From Nemertoderma westbladi (lineage: Eukaryota; Animalia; Xenacoelomorpha), in the NCBI GenBank assembly GCA_032718475.1, contig JAUCBJ010005628.1, forward strand, positions 1 to 53,449: DNA of 53,449 bases. Direction: 5' to 3'. The translations under genes and the position numbers were made by a program. The stretch's first letter is position 1. Each line of letters opens with the position of its first letter. Below, in pieces: positions 1 through 10,800 of the stretch. The notes beneath the pieces were generated by a model. That model worked only from the letters and a program-made list of their open reading frames with translations, was not told the origin of the DNA and ran no database searches.

Positions 1-161
1 TTGCATAATTAGAAATTATTGGTGAGTTTGTCGCCGAGGCTACTCTACGGGGTCGAAAGAAGTCAACAAAGCGGGCCATCACAGCTCAGATCCGCGAACG
101 CGAAATAACTACACTTGATCCCGACACAGGGGATGTGAATTGGTGCTACAAAATAATTATT

Positions 162-296
162 TATTACATGGTAAAAAAAGTAGAATTTTTTTTCATTATT
201 CTCAAGGCATTTTATTTACCGAGCGCCAGCGAGGTTAATAAAGGGTCGAGAGAATATTGAAAAAAAAATGTTCTACGTCTTTTTCCCCATGTAATA
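162..296. repeat. Imperfect palindrome / fold-back MITE-like element
   Basis: TATTACATGG-TAAAAAAAGTAGAATTTTTTTTCATTATTCTC at the left end is the imperfect reverse complement of GAGAATATTGAAAAAAAAATGTTCTAC-GTCTTTTTCCCCATGTAATA at the right end; the centre is TTATTTACCGAGCGCCAGCGAGGTTAATAA. Confidence 0.6.
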
Positions 297-569
297 CGTA
301 ATTGTATTCTTAAATTGGTACTTTTTTGTTGCTTAATTCGTTAATAAAATATAGAGCGATATAGTGCTACAAAATAAATTTAACTGTATTATTTTACTAT
401 ATTGCTTCCATTGTTACTGCGATTCAAATTATTGTACTCTTCAACTCCTGATGCTGCCTTATTCAATGTTAAAATGATTTTGTGTTCTCGAATATTTTGT
501 GGAAATATTTCACTGTTGGGTAGCTATTTGTATATTAGTTATATTTATTTATTAGTTATATTTGTATAT

Positions 570-707
570 TAGTTGTTTTAGCTTTTAGATACTCCGTTTA
601 ATATAGTCAGTTGTTTTAGCTTTTAGATACTCTGTTGAAAAGTCAGTTGTTTTAGCTATTAGATACTCCGTTTAATATAGTCAGTTGTTCAATACTCCGT
701 TTTATAT
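570..707. repeat. Short tandem repeat, ~36-39 bp unit, ~3.5 copies
   Basis: Recurring AGTTGTTTTAGCTTTTAGATACTCCGTTTAATATAGTC. Confidence 0.75.
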
Positions 708-779
708 GCGGGTCTCGGTCTACGGTTAAGCGGTGCGGTTGGTGAATGCTGGGTGAACCTAGCTTTTGTTAGCTTTTAA

Positions 780-1860
780 CCCTTTCAGTACCTAACTGGA
801 AATTATTCAAATCCCCAAGTGCCCAAGTCTAATTCATGAATTTCTGAAGTCTGTCTGTCTTTCTGTCAGTTTGTCTGTCAAGACTTTAGAAATAGTAAAA
901 TCTACTAACATTCTCCCTATAGGGGTTTCCTGCTCAAGGATTTCATTTCCGCTGTCAGTTTTCACTTTTGACCCTATCCAGACTGTCTGTCAGTCTGTCT
1001 GTCGGTCTATCTGTCAGTCTGTCCGTCAAAAATATAAGGAATCGCATTAGCTAATTAAAATTCTCGCTAAGGGGGTTTTCCTGGTCAAGGATTTCATTTC
1101 CGAGGTCAGTTTTAACTTTTCACCCCATCCAGTCTGTCTGTCGGTCTGTCTGTCGGTCAGTCTGTCCGTCAAAAATATAAGGAATTACATTAGCTAATTA
1201 AAATTATCGCTATGGGGGTTTTCCTGGTCAAGGATTTCATTTCCGAGGTCAGTTTTAACTTTTCACCATATCCAGTCTGTCTGTCGGTCTGTCTGTCGGT
1301 CAGTCTGTCCGTCAAAAATATAAGGAATTACATTAGCTAATTAAAATTATCGCTATGGGGGTTTTCCTGGTCAAGGATTTCATTTCCGCTGTCAGTTTTC
1401 ACTTTTTACCCTATCCAGACAGTCTGTCGGTCTGTCTGTCGACTGTCTGTCAGTCTGTCCGTCAAAAATATAAGGAATCACGTTAGCTAATTAAAATTAT
1501 CGCTATGGGGGTTTTCCTGGTCAAGGATGTCATTTCCGCTGCCAGTTTTCACTTTTGACCCTATCCAGACCGTCTGTCGGTCTGGTCTGACGGTCAGTCT
1601 GTCAAATTTGAAAACTAACAACAGGGTTTACCTTATTGCTGCAGCCTGGCAGTCTGTAAGCAGGTCTGCAGTAGGCGTACCGTAGTTAAATTACAGTAGA
1701 TACAAGCTGAAATGCGCCGCTAACATATAGAAAGAAGCATGTACTTAATGGTCCAGCAACATTTTCCCTTCTTAGAAATCGAATAAATGTCACGGAACAG
1801 ACGTATGTGTCAAGGCGCTCTACCCATGGATCAGACGTATGTGCCATGGTACCGAAAGGG
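780..1860. mobile_element. Non-autonomous piggyBac-like element (MITE)
   Basis: TIRs CCCTTTCAGTACC (780-792) and GGTACCGAAAGGG (1848-1860), 12/13 match; flanked by TTAA (776-779) and TGAA (1861-1864; one mismatch to the TTAA TSD); CCC...GGG termini typical of piggyBac; no ORF. Confidence 0.7.
845..1605. repeat. Tandem array of ~143-150 bp units (5 copies) inside the piggyBac-like MITE
   Basis: CAAGGAT recurs at ~936, 1086, 1229, 1372 and 1522; each unit carries (CTGT)n-like tracts and GGGGTTTTCCTGGTCAAGGATTTCATTTCCG. Confidence 0.9.
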
Positions 1861-2279
1861 TGAATGCTAACAAGCTAACCTTTGTATCAATAAATTAAAT
1901 AAATAACTAAATAGAAAATAATATTTATAACCAGTTCCCCCCCAGTCGCTGAATACTCTAAAAGGGGATCTATAACTCGAATAGCGCAAGCTACCAGCTT
2001 ATTGGCTGATTTGCTGTACGCAGGTATCTGGGCTCTGTTTAATCGGCCAACCAGCCTAGGAAGGTTGCGTCATAGCCTTGTTTTTGTATCTCCCAATAGA
2101 ATTTGAGTTAGCCTTGATTTTGACCTATCACAGAGCTACTGAACTGAAATTTTCCTATCTCACTGCTCTTTCTCTGTGTTGAACGGGAGCTTCGTGGAAT
2201 AAGGGTAGTTGGTATCCTCGTATAGAGTAGTAGTCACGAGTTTTTCAAAGCCACGAAAGAACGGCTTTGTAGTGTTTTG

Positions 2280-3135
2280 TGCTTTCTGCTTTTTAGCTCA
2301 ACACTAGTAGGTTTAATTATAAGGACATATATCCTTTAACTCATGGAATCACTGCAATTTCGTAATCACTGCTGACACACGGCTTTTAATAACTGCTGAA
2401 ACTGCTAAAATTACCTGCTCAATCAATACTGTATACTGCTATTTGTTGTCGGTTATTCATTATATTTGTTGATGAATTATTATATTGGAATAACGAGAAA
2501 TAACCCCGACACCCAATATTCTTGATATACCGAAGGTAAGAGAGAAAGGTTACCAATAACGATTGTGACTTATGTTAAAGTGGTTTGAAGTGAATCTAAT
2601 GTTATTTGATAGACCCTACATGAGTCAGTCTGTGTTCCTTTTATATGTGATTAAAATCAGTGAAGATTGGCAGATTAGTGTGCAGTATTGTGCAGCATTG
2701 TGTACGAGTGAGTCTGTTAAAGAAGCATTTCCTAAAGAATGCGCCATATATGTGAATTATAATTAAGCCATATCGTTGTGAGTAGTTTAAGTCATAACTC
2801 TGTTTATATAAATAAAGCGCCACGTCCTAAAGGAACTGTTAATATTCCCGAAGGTGAATAATATTGTCAGAGATTATATAATACTGTCAGTCGAATAATA
2901 CATTAGGCTTACATAGCAATAAAATTAAACCGTCGAACCCAATCTCCCGGGAATATCCAGCGGGTGAATGATCGTGCACAGATTGGTTTCGACTAGTGTA
3001 GTGAATCAAATACTTGTCATAGGCTAAAAAGCGATTTAATATCTAGAAGACATCTTAATTTGGCGGGTTAAACTGCCAAAGGTCTGAAAGCGCGAACAGG
3101 GTCTTTGTATAACAGATGAATGTAAGTTCTGTATA
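2280..3135. repeat. Long inverted repeat, left arm (pairs with ~14013-14846)
   Basis: For example, 2941-3097 TCTCCCGGGAATATCCAGCGGGTGAATGATCG...GGTCTGAAAGCGCGAACA is the reverse complement of 14037-14195; CGCCACGTCCTAAAGGAACTGTTAATATT, AAGAATGCGCCATATA and GGTTATTCATTATATTTGTTGATG blocks also match; diverged with indels. Confidence 0.9.
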
Positions 3136-6100
3136 CAAACGTCCTGAAAGAGAGCAAATCCCGCGCTGTTTAGCTTTTCCGCAGCTGAGTCTCTTAGGCT
3201 GAGTTTGGTCAGAGCGCGGTCCTTGAACTGACTATCAACGTTACGGAACGGAGTCAGAAAGCGCCTGAAACATTCGAAGCGGATGAATTTATTGTGTTCA
3301 TCTAACTTGGCGAGTTTGGTTCCAAGTATTAATGGATGGGCGCGTATGGTACGACTGCACACATCGGCTAGCCAACCGGCAAGTGCTGCGTTTTCAAAGA
3401 TCGTGTATATAGCTAAGGAGGGACGAAGTGGAACACTCATAAAGCTATACACGGCGCCAGGTGCGGTCAATGGTCCATCAAAGTATAAACGAGAATAATG
3501 ATCTCCATATACTTGTTGGTAATTTATAGGATTTCCAACCTTGAAATTCCATCCGTATTCTTGAAAGGCAAGATGTCCGATGGAGGTTCGTTGTACTTTA
3601 GTAATGCCGCTGGGTGTATTGGCATACATAGTGCGGAAGAAACCTCGGCCTTCTGCCCAGGGAGCAATCAGCTGAGTATCCACGAAAGGGTATGGAATGT
3701 TCTCCATATTCCGAAAGTCGTTTTGTAGATCTCCATAAACAGCTCAGCCGATTTTAAGGATTCTTTCGTTAAACAACATCTCGAGCACGGGCTGGGGTAA
3801 CATCGATCCATCGATACCCATGGGCGGTTTGCGCTCGGTGTCAGCGACGTAACGCTGCGCGAGCTCGAATTGTCCATGTCGGAGTTTCTTTTGCGTCTCA
3901 GTAAGAGTTTCAAAAGAATAATCAATCACATCGGAACACGCTCGAGTAAATACGTGGGTAGAACCAGCGAGTCCTCGTATGTGTATCATCCGCATAGTTC
4001 CCAATTCTCCAACCGGAACGCTACCTTCGTTGTCGTAGGTGACAACTCCATATATCTCGATAACGTTAAGAGTCTCATTCCACTCTTTAGTGGCGTTTTC
4101 GAGGGTCATTCCCACAGGATGCCACAAGGTAGCGCATTCGCTAGCATTAGGTAGGTCTCTATACTTTAAATATTGTGTGGTATATGTTTCCACATCTCCA
4201 TATCGTTGTATTCTTTCCTCCTCGAATAACACATCAAGATTCCAATGTACTAAACGAGTTTTGATGAATCCATCAAGATTATACGGAGGTATTGTTTCTT
4301 TCTCTATTCTGGAAACATTGTATGGTTTTCGAAATGAGTTTATTTTAACTAACTGATCCTGATGTTTATGCAGTTGTTCGAGTTCGACAAGATCGAGAGG
4401 ATTTATGAGTGGTAGAAACCTCAGACTATGTGTAGGATCTTCCGGTTTTACCATGTAATATTGTGTTAGGTTGACGTAATAAGGGTGATCTTTGATCCCA
4501 TAAAACGAGTCCGGTAAAGGTCTAGCGCGCATGTTAACATTGTGTACCATGCGACGGACAAGATCCGCTCTATTGTCCGGAGGTTCAACGAGTATACCAT
4601 CGACACGAGCGGCATCGATGGGCGGACCTTGCAACATGGGAGCGTCAGCGATAAGATCTCGAGATCTTAGGTTGATATCAACCGGTTGGGGTTGTACCGT
4701 CGCGAAGAGTTTGTCTCCGAAATGGGGAACCATCGAGGGATGAAGGATGGTTTTAGAGTAGAGATCCATCATAAGGATTTGAGCTTTGGGTTGAGCTAAA
4801 GCTGCTTCTTCTCTCTCATCTAGTTCTATATGTCTCTCCTTGAGCTGATTTTCCTCCGCTTGTTGTTGTAGACGCTCATCTAGGAACTCTTGTAAAGAGT
4901 AGGTTCGTCCACGTTCGATGTCCTCTTCGAGATTTTGTATTTCTCTATCGAACTGGGGTAAAGCTAATTCCTTCACCGCTTGGACTTGTTGTTGCAATTT
5001 ACGTTTCTCCAAACAATCGTAAGTTCCTTTTCCGATTTTCTGCCGAATAGCATCTAACGCGTTTCGTACGACGCTCTCTTCGACTTCCGTAACGGGTTGT
5101 ATCGAGGTGAAGACGGGACGGTTGTGTGGGTTAAACGGCGATATTAGATGACAGCGTCCCAATCCAGTTAGGTAGGGTTGGCGAATATCTAGTGAGCCTA
5201 CTACCGGAGTACCACCGATCAACTGTTCGGGTAACACTAGATCTTTGAACAGTGAGTACAGTTCGGGAGGATCCGTGATACTATTAGGATCAAGAGTCTG
5301 AGGGCTAACTGAGGAATGAGGAGGTCTGACCGAGTATTCTGGAACTCTGATCATTGGTTTGTTCAAGGATCGTTTGAGTCGAGCGACCGTAGGGGATACG
5401 TCGAACAGGTTTCGCTCGAAACTCCCTTAAGTATATCGTGTAAAACTGTGTTTAGCGCAACGTCTCCGCGGATGTTTATGTCTTTCCGTTTGCTGATTGG
5501 GTCTAGGGCATTCGTCGCAGTAATACCAAAGACGCACGTCCTGCAGGGGAAACGCGGGTGATCGTTCTCCAGTTTTACAATATTCCTCCATCTGTTCGAA
5601 GCTATCTGGGATGACAGGTAGCGGTCGATCGGCGGTAAGATACATCATAGTGAAATTGAGTCGTTTGAGTTCTATCATAGGATCATGATGTATACCTTGG
5701 GGATATCGAGTTTCGAGATTTTGTTGACTGGCAATATTGAGGTATGTCTCTCTCAGGAATTCCAGATAATCGTTGAAGTCGCTGCGTTTATCCGGCTCTT
5801 CAACGTCTTCCCTTTCGATTTTGTTTCGAATAGAGTTCTCGTGTTCTATTCTCGGTTTATCGTTCCGACTCCGCTGGGTATGATATTTAAATAAAACCAT
5901 TTCCCTATCGGTGTCTACATCGTCCGTATCGTGTAAATCGATAGGATGGCCAGTAGTTAAGAAGTCCATATACGTACCATTACGATGCGTATAGCGAGCG
6001 GTGAACTTTCTATAATCCAATTCACGCGTAAGTTGCTCCTGGGACATTGGCGGTTCGATATAACGACCATCATCCTCCGTAGTAGTTGGACCAGCGTCGC

Positions 6101-6185
6101 CGCGTATCAAGCTATCGACAAACGCTTGTAAAGGTAGAGTATATCGCTCCCTGATACCAAGATCATCTTCTATCAACTCAGTCAT
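3036..6185 (-). pseudogene. ~1050-codon orphan ORF interrupted by two in-frame stops (track ORFs 252 aa + 540 aa + 223 aa are one frame)
   Basis: The three ORFs share one frame. After TAA at 5427-5429 the frame continues GSFERNLFDVSPTVARLKRSLNKPM; after TGA at 3744-3746 it continues AVYGDLQNDFRNMEN. Central coiled-coil-like stretch (LQQQVQAVKE...ELDEREEAAL); no recognisable catalytic, TM or signal motif. Confidence 0.75.
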
Positions 6186-6903
6186 ATCTGCTATGAGTTT
6201 ATCAATATTATAATGAGTTTATATATTAGGCTAGCGGGCGTCGCTGCCTACCCCTCTTTTGCCCCCAGACAGTGCAAGATCCTCAGCGCCGATGTACCGT
6301 CGTCGCTGTGCTTTCACCAACGATGTAGCTACACAACGACAATGATAACCGGCACAAGTCACTCCACTGTCCGTCCCAAAGGCTTAGATGTACTTCAGGT
6401 TCTTTCTGGAGAGTTAGGGTTACTTTCACAATTGCGACTAGCTACTGTAAACACACTTTAGCAGTAACATTCACCTATGAACGCACAAATTCAACACAAC
6501 TGCCATAAACTGTACACATTCGGGCCATTTGTCCGTTAGTCAGTACCTTCCAGAATGTCACTTTATTTATTATGTATCCTTGGATACTAGCAGTGCGCTA
6601 TTTATTCCCTATGCTATTCAATGGGGCAAGCCTTCTATTGTTCTTTTAACTCACTTCTAATTCTAGCGTGGTTGTTGCCATGGTGACATTATGGAAAGCT
6701 AGCGGTAGAATTAGGGTAATTCTCATGCATACAGATCTGGGATGCTATTTAATAGTAATTCTTTAATTGTCAATATCCTCTCTATATATGATTTTATGAA
6801 TTTTATCGGCTATTGACTATATATTGGAGATTCTCGCACACCAATACACTTAATAGAGTGAATCTCCGCTCCCATGATCTATTAATTAATGGAATTTTGG
6901 GAA

Positions 6904-7804
6904 TGTTATAAATTGTATAAAATGACAATTTATTAAATTCATTGAAATATATGAATTTAAATTTATTCCCGTAAATTTTATTATTTAATGTTAAATAGAC
7001 GTAATTTTATTCCAGAACGTGTCTGGGGACTGGGATCCTAGATTCTAGGAATTTTGTCCTTTTAAGAGTATCGGTAAGTGCTACGATATCTTAATCGACT
7101 AGAATTTTAAAGGATCTAAAATTTGACAGATTTTGTAAATATTAATAATTAATATTTAGGATGGGCACCAGTTTATTCCAGAACTTGTCTGGGGACGTTA
7201 ACCACTGATTCTAGAATTTGTCTTTCAAGTATATCGGTGGGTGCCGCGATATCTTAATCGACTAGAATTACAGATGGTCAAAGGGTTTAACAGATTTATT
7301 TGCGTTGTACGCTACTGTTAAAGGGACATCACGCTACTATATGTATTATTTAATATACGGTATGAGAGCAATATCGCACGAAGCAATGTCAGTGAGAAGA
7401 GGCAAGTCGTTTCCAAGGTCTACCCAGAGCTTGGTTTAGCCGAGACACGAGGATCTGAATTTTGCATTCCTAATACTCTGCCTACCAATAATACTTAAAT
7501 ATAGTAGGAGCTTTATTGTACTTTAATAAGTACGGACATTTCATCTTACTGTAGTTACGTATTTGTAATGTAATACGGACAGTAAGGAAGGAGAAAAAGA
7601 ATTATTTCTCGCCGTCGCACTAAATATATAATGTATAAGTAATTAAGTAATAAACGCGAATATATATTGCACTAATCTACTAAATAATCGCTAAAATAAC
7701 ATTCTACTAAATAAAATTAAAGAAAACGATTATAATAAAATTACATAATAATACATACATAAATATAAAATAATAAAAATAAATATAAAATAATATAGTC
7801 ACAC
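6904..7804 (-). repeat. Candidate 3' LTR of the BEL/Pao-derived element (unpaired)
   Basis: On the minus strand, just after the Gag-Pro stop, a purine-rich GGAGTGGGTG is followed by TGTGACTATA...; the segment ends in AATAAA-containing sequence and ...TATAACA at 6904. No matching 5' copy found in the window. Confidence 0.35.
7008..7270. repeat. Tandem duplication, ~165 bp period
   Basis: TTATTCCAGAAC.TGTCTGGGGAC...GATATCTTAATCGACTAGAATT occurs at ~7008-7107 and ~7173-7270. Confidence 0.85.
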
Positions 7805-7821
7805 ACCCACTCCGTATGTTG

Positions 7822-10800
7822 TTACGTTATGGAGTCCCTAGATATTTGTTGGATTAGGGAGGTGGACGTGGGAAGAGTATCTTGCCTTCCATAGTTTCCG
7901 GACAGTTTTCGGTCTCTTTCCAGTAAACATAAACGACCAGCTGGGCGATTGAGTGGTTGTGTTACTTTCTCCGCTCCCTTGGCCTGTCTAATCTTGGCCG
8001 GGGTAAGATGAGGAGGCCATTCATCTTCTTTACTTAGGAAGTCGGGTCCACCTAACCGGTCTGGAGTATCTGTCAGTTCTTGAGGAGTTGCTCCTCTGGA
8101 AGCGATGTCGGCTAGATTAATCGTCTCGGGGCAATGTCTCCATTGATCTACATTGGAGTTAATATCGTCATTATCTGAGGAGTATGGTGTTCCCTCAGTT
8201 GGGTCGTCAACTTCACTGCTCTCCACTTCCCATTCACTTAATTGATATACCTGTTCTTTTGGTAATCTTTCCATTAGAGTTCTACGTGAAGGGCCAGTAA
8301 AGTACCAACCTACTCTAGTTCTTCCCGCATAGACTTGTAGTGGTTGCGGTTGAGCAGGCCGTTTCTCCAATGTCTCGAGCGCTTCATGCGCATTTTGACC
8401 GATGAGTATTTGGTCTCCAGGGTAATCGGTGTTGAATCTAGGTATTTCAAGCTGCTGGGTGAAATCGTCCTCATCCCAGTTATAAGGTTCCACTTGGCTG
8501 GTAGCGAAGTTCTTTATCGCTACCATTTTTACTGACCTTATGCTGTGTTCTCCTAGTTCATCCTGGGGGGTGGACAACGCGCCTACATAATAATCCGCTA
8601 TTACGGTAGATTTCCAAACCTGCATAATTCCTGACATGTTTAGCTTAGTTCGGAACTTGGGTTGTCCAGCAAAGATGTCTTCGGCTAGTTCTTTGTCGAT
8701 GAATGTTCCTGTACTACCGGAGTCAAGGAGGGCGTTCACTATATAACTCCTTGTAGGTCCGTGGACCCTTAACTGTACTACAGGAAATTCTCGGATTCCT
8801 ACATTGGAAGTTGGTGCTTTCCAAGATGGTTGTCTGTCAGAAGTAGTTAGGGGGAGCTCGCTGTCGGTGTCCTTTTCATACGTAAGTGCTCGATACACTG
8901 CGGTATTTGTCAGGTAACAGGATTCGTTTTCGTCGGAGAATTCGTCTGTATAGAATCCTTCCATCTCAGAATATTGGTCAGTGTCGTTCACATCACTGAA
9001 TTGGACATGTAGTTCGGACTCACTTACCTGACTCGGGCTGTTTCGTTCGAATTCCGTTTGCAACAAGATATGATGTTTTGCGCCGCACTTTGCACACCTT
9101 GCGTCGGAGTAACAGGTTCGCCGTTGGTGTCCTCGTCTGAGGCAATTATAACACAACCGCTTATCCCACATGACTTCACGTCTATCCTTTAATGATTTCT
9201 TTAGGAATTTATCACACATATTCAAACGGTGGGGCCCGTCGCACAGCACACATTTTGGTTTGATGTTACTTACCTTACTTTGAGTAACGTTGTGCACACT
9301 CGTTCTTTCTTCGGGCTTTCTTACTTGAATTCTCTTAGGAGACGTAGGGGGAGTTTTTCTTACCTGTTCTCTCCTGTCATTGGTTCGAGACTTGAATTTA
9401 CTTACGTCCTTAGTCGCTTTGTTGTCATAGTAAGATCTTTCAGTGTCTTTCCCGCTGTCTTCCTCTTGAGAAGCCTGGCTTTCGCCGTCGTCTGTATAAC
9501 ACACTGGTATTACCCTTCTCCTAGAAACGGGTTTCTCACTTACCTTGTTTTCCGGTGTCTTCTCTCTGGACTGCCTTAGGAGCTGTAATTTCACTTCTCC
9601 ATCTAAGAATGACATGAGATCAGCCATGGTAGGGTCTCGTCGTTGTTGTTCCATCATATATAACACTTTCTTGTCCCAGCGTGTACCTACTCCACCCTTG
9701 GGCAAAGTAGATGCTAAGGCTCCTACAACCATAGAATTCTGGTATTCATGAGACTTACCTAGCCAATCTAATTGTCTACAGATCTCCTGAATCTCATCGG
9801 AAAACTCTATAATCCCGCTGCTAAGAAACTTTCGGGGCGCCATTAATTTTGCATACAAATACCTAGCTATGTTAGTCCTATTACCATACCTGATGTTCAG
9901 TGTATCCCAAACTTGTCTTAATCCATCTGGATGTCCAATAAACTTTAACGCCATTAACTTGGGAGATCCTTCCAAGCACTCGATGAGGAATCTAAGTTTC
10001 TCTCCATTAGATAGTACAGAGTTCTGTATGTTATCTTTATAATATTCATTAAAAGGTAACCATTTCATCTCATCTCCATTGAACTTGACTATCTCTCCCA
10101 CCTTTACCGCTTGACGGGCTTCGGTTCTAGCCATTTGACGCGTAAAACTTTCTTGGGCCATCGTGTTATTTAATATCGAGTTATCGGTATATAAATTTCT
10201 CGGATTATGATCAGGTCTATAGGGGATATCATTATCAACAGGTCTATAATTACCCTTAATAGGGTTTACTATAGGAGTTTCCACTTCGCTAGCAGTATAT
10301 ATGCGTGTAGGCTCTACACCTTGCGCATGAGATACTTCAGACCTAACAGGTTGACACATTGTTACCGGGGTTGGTGGTATACCCTTTTGTGTATTTACTA
10401 ATTTATCGCGTTCTAACGCGATACTTTGCTGCACTTCCTGCAACTCTAATAACCTACTTTCCCTTACTGTGCCCTTGAATTGCTGAACAGTCTCCTGCAT
10501 CTGCCCGAGCAGGAGATCCATCCCCCGTCGTCCCTCATCCACCCACTCGACCGCCGAAGCGGGAGCCGCCAACGTTGTAGCGGGCCGACGAGGGACAATG
10601 GGCGATAAATCATTAATATTTCGCTCGGAGTCCAGGACATGAACATTTTCAAGGGTGGTTCTGTGTGGCACAGATAGCTTAGTGCTGTGCAGAGGGAATT
10701 TAGAGGTAGGTTCAGGGAGTACAGGTGTCTCTATCACCGAAGGGGTGGCTTCGGGAATAGGCCTAATTATTTCAGGCTCATCTACTATAGTAGGGAGTCT

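Noticed and set aside
4200-4435. THSLR...HW...RY in the orphan ORF as a tyrosine recombinase (which would fit ITRs/DIRS)
   Set aside because: HxxR to H/W spacing is about 60 aa versus about 22-25 in recombinases, and no clear box I arginine; treated as coincidence pending an HMM search.
3036-6185. Three separate genes, or an env gene
   Set aside because: All share one frame split by single stops; no signal peptide or TM anchor.
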